A stretch of DNA of 64,000 bases from Mustelus asterias (lineage: Eukaryota), in contig NW_027590219.1 of NCBI RefSeq assembly GCF_964213995.1, positions 496,001 through 560,000 of the forward strand, given 5' to 3'. The position numbers were made by a program, and so were the translations under genes. The notes beneath the pieces are model-generated. The model ran no database searches. It worked only from the letters and a program-made list of their open reading frames with translations, and was not told the origin of the DNA. The number at the start of each line of letters is the position of its first letter. The stretch's first letter is position 1. Shown in pieces: positions 25,795 through 37,605 of the stretch.

Positions 25795-26177
25795 TTTAAA
25801 AATTCATTCATGGGATGTGGATGTCACTGGCTTGGCCAGCATTTAGTACCCACCCTAATTACCCTTGAACTGAGTGGATTGCTAGGCCATTGCAGAGGGC
25901 ATTTAAGAGTCAACCACATTGCTGTGGATCTGGAGTCAAAGATGTGCCAGACCAGGTAAGGACGGCAGATTTCCTTCCCTAAACACATTCGTGAACCAGA
26001 TGGGTTTTTTTTACAACAATCGACAACAGTTTCCTGGTCATTGGACTTTTAACTCCAGATTTTTATTGAATTCAGATTTCACCACCTGCCGTGATGGGAT
26101 TCGAACCCTGGTCCCTGAAGTATTACCTGGGACTCTTGATTACTAGTTCAGCGACAATATCACTACGCCACTGCCTG
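25795..26177 (-). mobile_element. Second tRNA-derived SINE family (other copies 32048-32396 +, 39687-40036 +, 58360-58638 +, 59915-60240 -, 60245-60470 +)
   Basis: Head ggcagtggc..agtgg..atcactggactag..ggttcgaatccc, core ccatctggttcact.atgtcc, tail aaatgctggcc..gac.cccacatccc. Confidence 0.75.
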
Positions 26178-26846
26178 CCTTTTATATGAAATTTATATGC
26201 ATCTCCGAGCCTGTAATGGTGTATTGGTCTGTAATTTTAACATAATCTAATTCAATATTCCTTCTTTAATATCCTGTTTACCACTTTCCTATTACCTGAT
26301 GAATTTGTTAATTGTTATTATTACTGGATTGTCACAGTTTCCATGTGTTTAACATGATTATTTAGTCTGTACCTGAATTTTATGATTTTTTGATACAAGT
26401 TACAAAGCAATTCAGCCTTTTGGCTGTGATCCTGTTTCTTGAATGAAATATCATTCGATTTAAAAAGTTACCCAGTCTGGAGAACAGAGATAATACAGTG
26501 GATTCAGAACTCTCTCCTCCTCAGCTCTGATCTAACAAGCTGCAGCTACACGAGAGATATTCATGTTTAAATTGTTCACGACAGTTGTGATCTGACCCTG
26601 TTCAAACTGTAACCAGAATGATATCTGTGCATTGTTCTGAGTGTGAGCACAGGTTGTGTCACTGTCACAAACACATACCATTTCCTTGGTTCATATCTCC
26701 ACACAAAGACCAGCTCTTTACACATCCCCTTTCTGCACAATCACAGCAACATGAGCAAGGATATGATGCTCATTACTTTTCACCCACATTTCATAACAGC
26801 AAAGGCTCCACTGTACAGGAGCACACTGACCGGAGAAGAGTCTAAT

Positions 26847-27672
26847 CAGCCTGCAGGCTCCTGTTAAATACAGAGCAGTACAGGAACACACTGACAGTGT
26901 AACGCAGTCTCATCAGCCTGCAGGTTCCTGTTAAATACAGAGCAGCAGAGGAACACGCTGACAGTGTAACACTGTCTCATCAGCCTGCAGGCTCCTGTTA
27001 AATACAGAGCAGTAGAGGAACACACTGACAGTGTAACACTGTCTCATCAGCCTGCAGGCTCCTGTTAAATACAGAGCAGTACAGGAACACACTGACAGTG
27101 TAACACTGTCTCGTCAGCCTGCAGGCTCCTGTTAAATACAGAGCAGTACAGGAACACACTGACAGTGTAACACTGTCTCGTCAGCCTGCAGGCTCCTGTT
27201 AAATACAGAGCAGTACAGGAACACACTGACAGTGTAACACTGTCTCGTCAGCCTGCAGGCTCCTGTTAAATACAGAGCAGTACAGGAACACACTGACAGT
27301 GTAACACAGTCTCATCAGCCAGCAGGCTCCTGTTAAATACAGAGCAGTAGAGGAACACACTGATAGTGTTACACAGTCTCATCAGCCTGCAGGCTCCTGT
27401 TAAATACAGAGCAGCAGAGGAACACACCGACAGTGTAACACAATCTCATCAGCCTGCAGGCTCCTGTTAAATACAGAGCAGTACAGGAACACACTGATAG
27501 TGTTACACTGTCTCATCAGCCTGCAGGCTCCTGTTAAATACAGAGCAGCAGAGGAACACACTGACAGTGTAACACTGTCTCATCAGCCTGCAGGCTCCTG
27601 TTAAATACAGAGCAGCAGAGGAACACACTGACAGTGTAACACAATCTCGTCAGCCTGCAGGCTCCTGTTAAA
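26847..27672 (+). repeat. 67-bp minisatellite, ~12.3 copies
   Basis: Unit cagcctgcaggctcctgttaaatacagagcagtacaggaacacactgacagtgtaacactgtctcat. Starts at 26847+67n up to 27651. Confidence 0.95.
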
Positions 27673-28271
27673 TTTGCTGAGACGATTTCAATTTAAACCA
27701 GGTTTGCAGGCATCATGTTCCATTCACATGTCAAAGAAGAGAGAGATGTTTTGGGACAGGGGTGAAGTCCAAGAGTCAAAAACAACAAGCAGACTTGGTT
27801 TTAGCTTTATTGATCACAGGACTGTGACCGATAACTTCCCTGGATCCCAGCACCAGGAGAGACACTCTGGAAAATATGGGGAGCTGAGAATTGTCCACGA
27901 GAATAACCGAAGGCGTGAGAACTGAAATAATCTAGAGTTCGAAATGAGCAAAGGCCCCAAATGAAGCTGGTAGCAGGACATCAATTAGTCTCCTCTTCCA
28001 TTGGAGAAATATTAACACAGCACTGCGCATTTCCATAAAAACTGACTTAGTGACATTTATCTAGAATATCAATAACTCCTATAACAGGGTTGGAGTTTAA
28101 CATGAGCAGAAACACACAATGGAAGTGATTGACAGAATCCCACCCTTGCACAAAAACTTACTGATGTCTCAATAGGTGTTGTGACTGAATGAGTCCCTTC
28201 CCACAGACAGAGCAGGTGAGCATCCACTCTTCAACACAAATGCATTGGTGTGTCTGCAACTCACTCTTCTC

Positions 28272-28805
28272 TCATTCGTAATGTTTAAAAAGTAATTTTT
28301 CAGTGTGAACATGTTGATGCAAACTGAGAGTGTCTAACCGAGTGAATTCCTTCCCACACTTGGAGCAAGGGAACGGCCTCTCCCCAGTGTGAACTCGCTG
28401 ATGCCTCAGCAGGGTGGATGACTGAATGAATCCTTTCCCACACACTGAGCAGGTGAACGGCCTTTTTCCCGTGTGAGTCTGCTGGTGTCTCATCAGTGTG
28501 GCTGACTGAGTGAATCCCTTCCCACACACAGAGCAGATGAATGGCCTCTCTCCAGTGTGTGTGTGTTGGTGCTGTTTCAAGTGCTTTTTGCTCTTAAAGC
28601 TCTTCTCACAGTTGGAACATTTTAAATGTCTCTTATTGGAATGAGAGCGTTGGTGTGACTGCAGGTGTTGTGACTGAACAAAACCTTTTCCACACACACA
28701 GCAGATGAACGGTCTCTCTCCTGTGTGACTGCGACGATGAGTTTCGAGATGGGAAGGATAATTGAATCCCTTCCCACAGTCCTCACATTTCCACGGTTTC
28801 TCCAT
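28272..28805 (-). CDS. C2H2 zinc-finger protein, 6 fingers (further decayed fingers lie past the stop)
   Basis: 177-aa ORF MEKPWKC. Relic finger sequence continues to ~28150. Confidence 0.75.
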   Translation of the reverse strand: MEKPWKCEDCGKGFNYPSHLETHRRSHTGERPFICCVCGKGFVQSQHLQSHQRSHSNKRHLKCSNCEKSFKSKKHLKQHQHTHTGERPFICSVCGKGFTQSATLMRHQQTHTGKRPFTCSVCGKGFIQSSTLLRHQRVHTGERPFPCSKCGKEFTRLDTLSLHQHVHTEKLLFKHYE

Positions 28806-29599
28806 AGTGCCAGTGTCCTTGTGTCTCTCCAGGTTGGATGATCAGTTGAAGTCTTGTCCACACACACAACATATGTACAGTTTCTCCCAGCTGTGAATGG
28901 TGTGATGTTTTTTCAGGCTGTGTAACTGGTTTAAGCTTTTTCCAGTCAGTTCACTGGAACACTCTCACTTGGGTGTGTGTGTCTCAGTGCTTTTCCAGTT
29001 ACACTGATGTTTGAAATCTCCTCCTCCAGGCAGAACAGACAAACATTTCTCCTTCCACGTTCAAAGTCTCAGGATATTCAGGTCCAAATAAGTCGATACT
29101 CAATCTGATTTTTATGTGATGTTTCCTCACCTCACCTGTAAAAGGAGTTAACAAAAATTGTCACGGTCAATCGAGATAGAAATTCAGTCCAAAGATGTGC
29201 GGGTTAGGTTGATTGGCCATGCTAAAAAGAAAATTGCCTCTCTTGTTCCCCCAAATCAGTAAATCCCTGTACCACACACTCTCCCTCCTCCCTGGGCTGA
29301 AATCCAAACCCATCTCACCATTTCTTTCCTCCACTCCCAGTTTTCTCCCTCCCTCTCCTCTGTCTGGGTTCAGTTCTCCAGCTCCTGTCTGCAGACTGAC
29401 AATAAAACCAATGGCTCTTATTGGGGGTGTTGGGGCCTCCAGCGGGTGTTTGTGAATCCTCCCCGCCCACCTCCCAGGGTTTCCTTCCTTCCCAGAGATC
29501 AGAGTCCTCATTGATTTGAGGCCAAAGTGTAACCTCTTATTTATTGTCCCCCTCCCCCATCCTCTGATGTGAACCATCCTCCAGTGGCTGAGCCAGGAT

Positions 29600-30345
29600 G
29601 GGGCCGTTAACCTGGGCCTGTTCCCGGGAGGGAGGGAGGGAGAAGCCCCGCAGCTGCAAACCAGGGAGCTGACAATGATTCTGAAGGGTTTGCGGATCCA
29701 CAAAGTGTTTCCAAATCCTCCCAGCCACCGCCTAACGCTGACTCCGCTTCTCCGGGACAAACAAGCGCCAAGGACAGCAATGACACTGCGCATGCTCCAC
29801 ATCACAATGCCCGGGCACTGATTGACGGCCGCTCCGGACCAATAGGAATAGGGGGCGGGCTGGAGGACCGAGCGGGAGCGGCTGGTCCTCCATCCAATCG
29901 GACTGAATGAGGGGCGGGGCTGAGGTGTCCCCATAGAACGCACGGGAAGGGGTTCGCATGCGCAGTAATGTTACAGTCTGGAGCATGCGCAGTAAGCAAC
30001 GGCGTTTGCAGCACGCAGTGTGGGTGATCGCAATCGGAGAGAAGTTCCTCTGTCTCATCAGCAGCCGGTAAGGATGCGGAAACGTAGAGGGAGCAATGGA
30101 ACCGGCGGATGGACGTCGAGGGTTTCTAAATACCTGGTCAAAGCCTCAAATCTCGAAAATGAGCCCGTCGGTCTGTGTTTGCAGCTTCCGGTCTTTTTCC
30201 CGAGACGAGACTCAGGTTAACGGCCGCCATCTTGATTCAGCAGGGAGGAGAGCGCATGTTCTCGGTGACGCAACATCGAGTGGGCGGGGCTTCATGTTTC
30301 TGCTTCCCCTCCAGGTCCTAGCTCCCGGTCCTATAGCACAATGAG
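29600..30345. promoter_or_regulatory. CpG-rich putative bidirectional promoter 3
   Basis: CCAAT (29839, 29893), GC boxes, two GCATGCGCAGTAA motifs (29956, 29983), YY1 GGCCGCCATCTT (30222). Confidence 0.7.
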
Positions 30346-30519
30346 CAATAGGTTTCTAAACAGCTTCACCCACCCAGGCTGCAGCTGCTGTTTGCAGCCT
30401 CGATGAGTCCATGGGCCATGTACATATTCAGTCTGAGAGGTTGCAAACTCTGTATAGTTACCTAAAGCGGTTACACAGCTTTTGGTTACACTTCAGCCCC
30501 AGGCTCCTCATGTTTACAT

Positions 30520-31560
30520 AGAAACATACATAGAAAATAGAAGCTGGGAGTCGGCCGTTCGGCCCTTCGAGCGTGCGCCGCCATTCATTATTGTCATGGC
30601 TGATTATCAAATTCAATACCCTGATCCCTGTCGCCCCAAGAGATTTATCTAATTGAAATCAGACTCTACTTCCACTTTTGAAGAACGTGAATCCAAAGAT
30701 TCATGACCCTCTGAGAGAAAAACATCTCATCTCTGTTTTCAATGGGCAATGCTGTTTTTTAAAACAGCGACTCCCTAGATTCTCCCCTGAGAGTAAACAT
30801 CCTCTCCAGATCCAAAACAGAAAATGCTGGAAAGTCTCAGCAGGTCAGGCAGCACCTTTTCTCCCCCTTTGCTTCGCCTTTCCCCCTTTTTCTCAATTTT
30901 TCCTCCCTCCAATCCACCCCCCCCCAACATCTTCATCCATCACAACTTCTTCAGCTTCTCTGCTGTTTGGCCATTCACACTTCTATACTCTCTATGGACT
31001 GCCATTAGCATCCTTTCCCCTGGTTCCTGTGGCTTGGACCCATCTTTCATTCCCTCACAGTGTAAATATCTCCCACTTTCTATGCCTTTTTTATGCTTTG
31101 ACAAAAGGTCACCTGGACTCGAAGCTTCAGCTCTTTTCTCTCCTCACAGATGCTGCCAGACCTCCTGAGATTTTCCAGCATTTTCTCTTTTGGTTTCAGA
31201 TTCCAGCATCCGCAGTAATTTGCTTTAACCTTTCTCTCCATATTCACCCTGTCAAGAGTTTTCAGAATCTTGAAGGTTTAAATTAAGTTGCCTCTTACTC
31301 TTTTGAAGTCGAGCAGAAGCTAAACTCGAGCAGAGACTGTCTCACTGCTCCTCATCGGACAATCCACCCATTTCCAGGTATTAATCTACTAAACCTACTA
31401 TGAACTGCTTCTCATAAAGCAGTTAAAGAATAATATGCACTCATATTTTTCCTTAAATAAGGAAACCGATAATGTACACACTGCTCCAGATATGTCTAAC
31501 CAATGCCCTGTGCAACTGAAACATAACTTCCCTGCTTTTACTCAATTCCCCTCATAATAA
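30520..31560 (-). mobile_element. Old CR1 fragment with a nested Penelope family-B element (30812-31227)
   Basis: CR1 tail at 30520. The nested piece has inverted ends (aaaatgctggaaa.tctcag / ctgagattttccagcatttt) and a decayed hammerhead at 31095-31134. Confidence 0.6.
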
Positions 31561-32434
31561 ATAATAGCTTTCTGAATTACTTGTACCTGAGATAATATTG
31601 CGATTTTCTATCGTGATGGATTTTGGACACTTTTTCTTAAACAGGGGGTTAGAAAGGGAGGATTTACACACAACAAGCTCAAACCAAGAGTTGTCTCTTC
31701 TGATATAGGCTTTCTGAATGGGATAAGTAGGTAGCTGTGAATGGAATGTTTCCACTTGTTGGTGTTTCCAATACTGGGAACCATGAACAGACAACAGAGA
31801 CGAATAAATCAACAGGAGGAGATATTTATTTCTTCGGACAGTTGTTAGAATATGGAACTCACTGCGACTGGAAGTGGTTGAGACAAATACCTTAGATGCT
31901 TTAAAAAGGAAACCAGATGAGAACATGAGAGAAAAAGGATTAAAAAGTTGAGCTGAAAAGCTGAGTTGAGGTGAGCAGAATGAGAGGAGATTTGTGTGGA
32001 TTAGAAATTCCAGTACAGATCAGGGCAGGGGTGGGAGGGTGGCGGCGGAGGCAGTGGCACAGTGGAACTATCACTGGACTAGCAACCCAGAGACCCAGGA
32101 TAATGTTCTGGGGACCGAGGTTCGAATCCCACCACAGCAGATGGTGAAATTTAAATTCAATTAAAAGTCTGATATTGACCATGAAACCATTGTTGATTGT
32201 CGTAAAAGCCCATCTGGTTCACTGATGTCCTTTAAGGATGGAAATCTGCTGGCCTTAACTGGTCTGGCCTACATGTGACCCACAGCAATGTGGTTGACTC
32301 TCAAATGCCCTGTGAAATGGAGGGCAGTTGGGGATGGGCAATAAATGCTGTCCCAGTCGGCGACACCCACACCCCGTTAAAAATGAATTTAAAAAATAGA
32401 CTGGCCTGTTTGTGTTTTGTGTATCTCATGTATT

Positions 32435-32726
32435 CATAGAATCCCTACAGTGCAGAAGGAGGCCTTTCAGACCACCCCACCCAGGCATATTCCCGTAACC
32501 CCACATATTTACCCCGCTAATCTCCCTAACCTACACATCTTGGGACAGAAAGGGGCAACCACCTAACCTGAACATCTTTGGAGAGTGGGAGGGAACCGGA
32601 GCACCCGGAGGAAACCCACACAGACACGAGGAGAATGTGCAAACTCCATACAGACAGGTAACCAAGGCTACAATCGAACCCAGGTCCCTGGTGCTGTGAG
32701 GCAGGAGTACTAACCACTCTGCCATC
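32435..32726 (-). mobile_element. HE1-like SINE with CR1-type tail
   Basis: catagaatccctacagtgcagaagg tail plus SINE core. Confidence 0.8.
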
Positions 32727-33011
32727 CATGTAATTCTTTGTAAACTTATTTTGCAGGAAATTGAAGAGAAGGATCTGCAGTCTGGATGATCGAATCTCAC
32801 GTCAGACAGAGTCAATCGGTTATAGAACATAGAACATTACAGCGCAGAACAGGCCCTTCGGCCCACGATGTTGCACCGACCAGTTAAAAAAAAACATCGG
32901 GATCTGAAAATTTGTGCATCTGAAGGGATTTAATTGACCATCTCAGTTGGAAACTGGTGAGAATCCGTTCATCTGCTCCTCGTGTGGGAAGGGATTGATC
33001 AGCTGGTAAAC

Positions 33012-34553
33012 ATGCTGACACGACAGCGAGCTCGCAACAGTGAGAGTTCATTCACCTGCTCCGTGTGTGGGAAGAAATTCATGTGTTCGTCCAACCTGCT
33101 GGCTCACCAACTCGATCACATTGATGAGAAGCCTCTTCAAAGCTCTGACTCTGGGGACAGCGTTGAGACGTCTGAGGAACAGGCCCAACACCAGCTCCTT
33201 CACATTGACGAGAGACCGTTCAGCTGCTCCCACTGCGGGAAGAGGTTCAGCCAGTCCTCCCGCCTTGCAGAGCACCAGCTCCTTCACACACACGAGAGAC
33301 CGTTCAGCTGCACTCATTGTGGAGAGTCATTCAGTGACTCAGTGCATCTCACTGAGCACCAACAAGTTCACACCAAGGACAGGCCATTCAGCTGCTCCCA
33401 GTGTGGGAAGAGATTCACTCAGTCCTCCCACTGCACCGTTCACCAACTGGTTCATTCTCAGAAGAGACATTTTAAATGCTTTAAATGTGAGAAGACCTTC
33501 AAAAGAAGGATTAGTCTGCTGAGACACCAGGGCACTCACACCGGGGAGAAGCCGTACCCCTGTTCTGTTTGTGGGAAGAGATTTGCTCATTCATCTCATC
33601 TTCTGACACACAAGCGAGTTCACACTGGGGAGAGGCCTTTCCTCTGCTCCCTGTGTGGGAAGAGATTCACTCGATTTTCACGCCTTTTGACACACAAGAG
33701 TATTCACACTGGAGGGAAACCATTCACCTCCTCAATGTGTAGAAAGGAAGAAGTTCAATCAACTGACCAGCTGACACACCAACAAGTTCACACTGGGGAG
33801 AAGCTGTTCACCTGCTCGGTGTGTGGGAAGGAATTCACTCGGTCTTACTATCTTCTGAGGCACCGGCGAGTTCACACTGGGGAGAGGCCATTCCTCTGCT
33901 CCGTGTGTGGGAAGATGTTTCCTTGTTCATCCCAGCTTGTGATGCACGAGCGTGTTCACACAGGGGAGAGGCCTTACGCTTGCCCTGTGTGCGGGAAAGC
34001 ATTTGCTTCTTCACAACACCTGCTGAGACATCGGCCTGTTCACACCGGGGAGAGGGCGTTCATCTGCTCCGAGTGTGGGAAGGCTTTCACCGAGTCATCC
34101 AGCCTCCGGACACACCGCCGCACTCACACAGGGGAGAAGCCGTTCTCCTGCTCCATTTGTGGCAAGAGATTCACTCAGTCGTCTGACCTGCTGAGACACC
34201 AATACATTCACACAGGGGACAGGCCGTTCACCTGCTCTGTGTGTGGGAAGGGATTCATTGATTCATCCTGCCTGCAGAGACACCAGCGAGTTCACACCGG
34301 GGAGAGACCATTCACCTGCTCTGTGTGTGGGAAGGGATACACTCAGGTATCCAGCCTGCAGAGACACCAGCGAGTTCACACTGGGACAGAACCGTTCGCC
34401 TGCTCCCTGTGTGGGAAGGGATTCACTGATCCATCCCGCCTGCAGAGACACCAGCGAGTTCACACTGGGGCAAAACCTTTCAACTGCTCCATGTGTGGGA
34501 AGGGATTTAATCAGTATTACAGCCTGCTGAAACATAGACGACTTCATGTGTGA
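33012..34553 (+). CDS. C2H2 zinc-finger protein, 16 intact plus 2 degenerate fingers
   Basis: Long open frame. The ORF track starts at GTG 32982; the first in-frame ATG is 33012. The true start is uncertain. Confidence 0.85.
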   Translation: MLTRQRARNSESSFTCSVCGKKFMCSSNLLAHQLDHIDEKPLQSSDSGDSVETSEEQAQHQLLHIDERPFSCSHCGKRFSQSSRLAEHQLLHTHERPFSCTHCGESFSDSVHLTEHQQVHTKDRPFSCSQCGKRFTQSSHCTVHQLVHSQKRHFKCFKCEKTFKRRISLLRHQGTHTGEKPYPCSVCGKRFAHSSHLLTHKRVHTGERPFLCSLCGKRFTRFSRLLTHKSIHTGGKPFTSSMCRKEEVQSTDQLTHQQVHTGEKLFTCSVCGKEFTRSYYLLRHRRVHTGERPFLCSVCGKMFPCSSQLVMHERVHTGERPYACPVCGKAFASSQHLLRHRPVHTGERAFICSECGKAFTESSSLRTHRRTHTGEKPFSCSICGKRFTQSSDLLRHQYIHTGDRPFTCSVCGKGFIDSSCLQRHQRVHTGERPFTCSVCGKGYTQVSSLQRHQRVHTGTEPFACSLCGKGFTDPSRLQRHQRVHTGAKPFNCSMCGKGFNQYYSLLKHRRLHV

Positions 34554-34687
34554 CCGGCAAAGTTGGATTCTGTTGTTTCTGCGCCCTGAGATAAACAATA
34601 ACAATTAGAACATAGAACATAGAAAGCCACAGCACAAACAGGCCCTTCGGCCCACAAGTTGCGCCGATCACATCCCCACCTCTAGGC

Positions 34688-37600
34688 CTATCTATAGCCC
34701 TCAATCCCATTAAATCCCATGTACTCATCCAGAAGTCTCTTAAAAGACCCCAACGAGTTTGCCTCCACCACCACCGACGTCAGCCGATTCCACTCACCCA
34801 CCACCCTCTGAGTGAAAAACTTACCCCTGACATCTCCTCTGTACCTACCCCCCAGCACCTTAAACCTGTGTCCTCTCGTAGCAACCATTTCAGCCCTTGG
34901 AAATAGCCTCTGGGAGTCTACCCTATCCAGACCTCTCAACATCTTGTAAACCTCTATCAGGTCACCTCTCATCCTTCGTCTCTCCAGGGAGAAGAGACCA
35001 AGCTCCCTCAACCTATCCTCATAAGGCATGCCCCCCAATCCAGGCAACATCCTTGTAAATCTCCTCTGCACCCTTTCAATGGCTTCAACATCTTTCCTGT
35101 AATGAGGTGACCAGAACTGCGCGCAGTACTCCAAGTGGGGTCTAACCAGGGTCCTATAAAGCTGCAGCATTATCTCCCGACTCCTAAACTCAATCCCTCG
35201 ATTAATGAAGGCCAGTACGCCGTACGCCTTCTTGACCGCATCCTCCACTTGCGAGGCCGATTTAAGAGTCCTATGGACCCGGACCCCAAGGTCCTTCTGA
35301 TCCTCTACACTGCTAAGAATGGTACCCTTCATATTATACTGCTGCTTCATCCCATTGGATCTGCCAAAATGGATCACCACACACTTATCCGGGTTGAAGT
35401 CCATCTGCCACTTCTCCGCCCAGTCTTGCATTCTATCTATGTCTCGCTGCAACTTCTGACATCCCTCCAAACTATCCACAACACCACCTACCTTGGTGTC
35501 GTCAGCAAACTTACCAACCCATCCCTCCACTTCCTCATCCAGGTCATTTATGAAAATGACAAACAGCAAGGGTCCCAGAACAGATCCCTGGGGCACTCCA
35601 CTGGTCACTGACCTCCATGCAGAGAAAGACCCCTCCACAGCCACTCTCTGCCTTCTGCAGGCAAGCCAGTTCTGGATCCACAAGGCAACAGCCCCTTGGA
35701 TCCCATGCCCTCTCACTTTCTCAAGAAGTCTTGCATGGGGGACCTTATCGAACGCCTTGCTGAAGTCCATATAGACCACATCCACCGCTCTTCCTTCGTC
35801 AATGTGTTTGGTCACATTTTCAAAGAACTCAACCAGGCTTGTAAGGCACGACCTGCCCTTGACAAAGCCGTGCTGACTACTTTTGATCATACTAAACTTC
35901 TCTAGATGATCATAAATCCTGTCTCTCAGGATCCTCTCCATCAACTTACCAACCACTGAGGTTAGACTCACCGGTCGGTAATTTCCCGGGCTGTCCCTGT
36001 TCCCTTTCTTGAATATAGGGACCACATCTGCAATCCTCCAATCCTCCGGAACCTCTCCCGTCTCCATCGACGATGCAAAGATCATCGCCAAAGGCTCCGC
36101 AATCTCCTCCCTCGCCTCCCACAGTAACCTGGGGTACATCCCATCCGGTCCCAGCGACTTACCAACCTTGATGCCATTCAATAGTTCCAACACATCCTCT
36201 TTCTTTATGTCCACATGCTCGATCCTTTCTGTCCACCGCAAACCAGCAGTACAACCACCCAGATCCCTTTCCACCGTGAATACCGAGGTAAAGTATTCAT
36301 TAAGCAGCTCCGCCATTTCTAACGGTTCCGCACAAACTTTTCCCCCTTCACCTTTTAAGGGTCCTATGCCTTCACATCTCATCCTTTTACTCTTGACATA
36401 TTTGTAGAAAGCCTTGGGATTCTCCTTAATCTTACCCGCCAAGGCCTTCTCATGACCCCTTCTCGCTCTCCTAATTTCCTTCTTAAGCTCCTTCCTACAT
36501 CCCGTATACTCCTCTAAATCCTTAATACCTCCTAGCTCTCTGAACCTTCTGTACGCCTCTCTTTTCTTATTCACCAGGTTCATCACAACCTTCGTGCACC
36601 ACGGTTCCCGTACCCTACCAACACCCCCCTGTCTCATCGGAACGTTGTCATGCAGAGCTCCAGACAAACATTCCTTGAAAATCCTCCACTTTCCTTCGGT
36701 ACTTTTCCCCAAGAATGCCTCCTTCCAATTTACCCGTCTAATTTCCTCCCTGATGACACTGTATTTCCCTTTACTCCAGAGAAACACTTTCCTAGCCTGC
36801 CTGATCCTATCTCTTTCCAATGCTATCGTGAAGGAGATAGAATTATGATCGCTATCCCCAAGATGCTCACCCACTGAGAGATCCTCCACCTGTCCAGGTT
36901 CATTAGCCAGCACCAGATCAAGTACAGCCTCTTCTCTAGTAGGCTTATCCACATACTGTGTCAGGAAACTCTCCTGGACACACCTAACAAACTCCTCTCC
37001 ATCCAAACCCCTAGCCCTAGGGATATTCCAATCTATGTTTGGGAAATTAAAATCTCCCATCACGACAACTCTGTTATTCCTACATCTCTCCAGGATCTGT
37101 TTCCCCATCTGCTCCTCAACATCTCTGTTACTATTGGGCGGCCTATAGAAAACACCCAGCAACGTTACCGACCCCTTCCTGTTCCTCACCTCCACCCACA
37201 GAGACTCCGTAGTCAATCCCTCCACGGCGTCCACCTTCTCTACAGCCGTGACACTATCCCTGATCAACAGTGCCACTCCCCCCCCTCTCTTGCCTCCCTC
37301 CCTGTCCTTCCTGAAACATCTAAAACCCGGCACCTGAAGCACCCAGTCCTGTCCCTGAGACATCCAAGTCTCCGTAATGGCCACCACATCACAATTCGAA
37401 GCAGCAATCCACGCTCTAAGCTCATCCACTTTATTCACTACACTCCTGGCATTAAAATAGACACATCTCAGACCTTCAGCCTGAGCACTTCCCTTCTCCA
37501 TCACTCGTCTAACCTCCCTCTTACCCTGTTTACATTCCTTATCTATTTGCGAGCTAACCTCCTCGCTCTCAGTCCCCTCATTTCGATTCCCTCCCCCCAA
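34688..37600 (-). CDS. LINE ORF2: APE endonuclease plus reverse transcriptase
   Basis: YFNARS, AITETW, YRPP, GDFN, SDH (APE); NYRPVSL, QHGF, DFSKAFD, GVPQGSVLGP, FADD (RT). The track start is TTG, the first ATG is at 37501, and the frame is open up to 37630. Confidence 0.95.
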   Translation of the reverse strand: MGGGNRNEGTESEEVSSQIDKECKQGKREVRRVMEKGSAQAEGLRCVYFNARSVVNKVDELRAWIAASNCDVVAITETWMSQGQDWVLQVPGFRCFRKDREGGKRGGGVALLIRDSVTAVEKVDAVEGLTTESLWVEVRNRKGSVTLLGVFYRPPNSNRDVEEQMGKQILERCRNNRVVVMGDFNFPNIDWNIPRARGLDGEEFVRCVQESFLTQYVDKPTREEAVLDLVLANEPGQVEDLSVGEHLGDSDHNSISFTIALERDRIRQARKVFLWSKGKYSVIREEIRRVNWKEAFLGKSTEGKWRIFKECLSGALHDNVPMRQGGVGRVREPWCTKVVMNLVNKKREAYRRFRELGGIKDLEEYTGCRKELKKEIRRARRGHEKALAGKIKENPKAFYKYVKSKRMRCEGIGPLKGEGGKVCAEPLEMAELLNEYFTSVFTVERDLGGCTAGLRWTERIEHVDIKKEDVLELLNGIKVGKSLGPDGMYPRLLWEAREEIAEPLAMIFASSMETGEVPEDWRIADVVPIFKKGNRDSPGNYRPVSLTSVVGKLMERILRDRIYDHLEKFSMIKSSQHGFVKGRSCLTSLVEFFENVTKHIDEGRAVDVVYMDFSKAFDKVPHARLLEKVRGHGIQGAVALWIQNWLACRRQRVAVEGSFSAWRSVTSGVPQGSVLGPLLFVIFINDLDEEVEGWVGKFADDTKVGGVVDSLEGCQKLQRDIDRMQDWAEKWQMDFNPDKCVVIHFGRSNGMKQQYNMKGTILSSVEDQKDLGVRVHRTLKSASQVEDAVKKAYGVLAFINRGIEFRSREIMLQLYRTLVRPHLEYCAQFWSPHYRKDVEAIERVQRRFTRMLPGLGGMPYEDRLRELGLFSLERRRMRGDLIEVYKMLRGLDRVDSQRLFPRAEMVATRGHRFKVLGGRYRGDVRGKFFTQRVVGEWNRLTSVVVEANSLGSFKRLLDEYMGFNGIEGYR

Positions 37601-37605
37601 CCTTT

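Noticed and set aside
26847-27672. CRISPR-like array with palindromic repeats
   Set aside because: Pure tandem repeat without unique spacers, no cas genes, vertebrate context.
29167-29943. 258-aa ORF nearly identical to the 9369-9797 ORF
   Set aside because: Identity reflects a recent DNA duplication of a GC-rich promoter/intron cassette. No protein-like features.
33040-34604. Alternative-frame and antisense ORFs over ZNF arrays ([16 protein letters not shown] types)
   Set aside because: Predictable shadows of repetitive finger codons.
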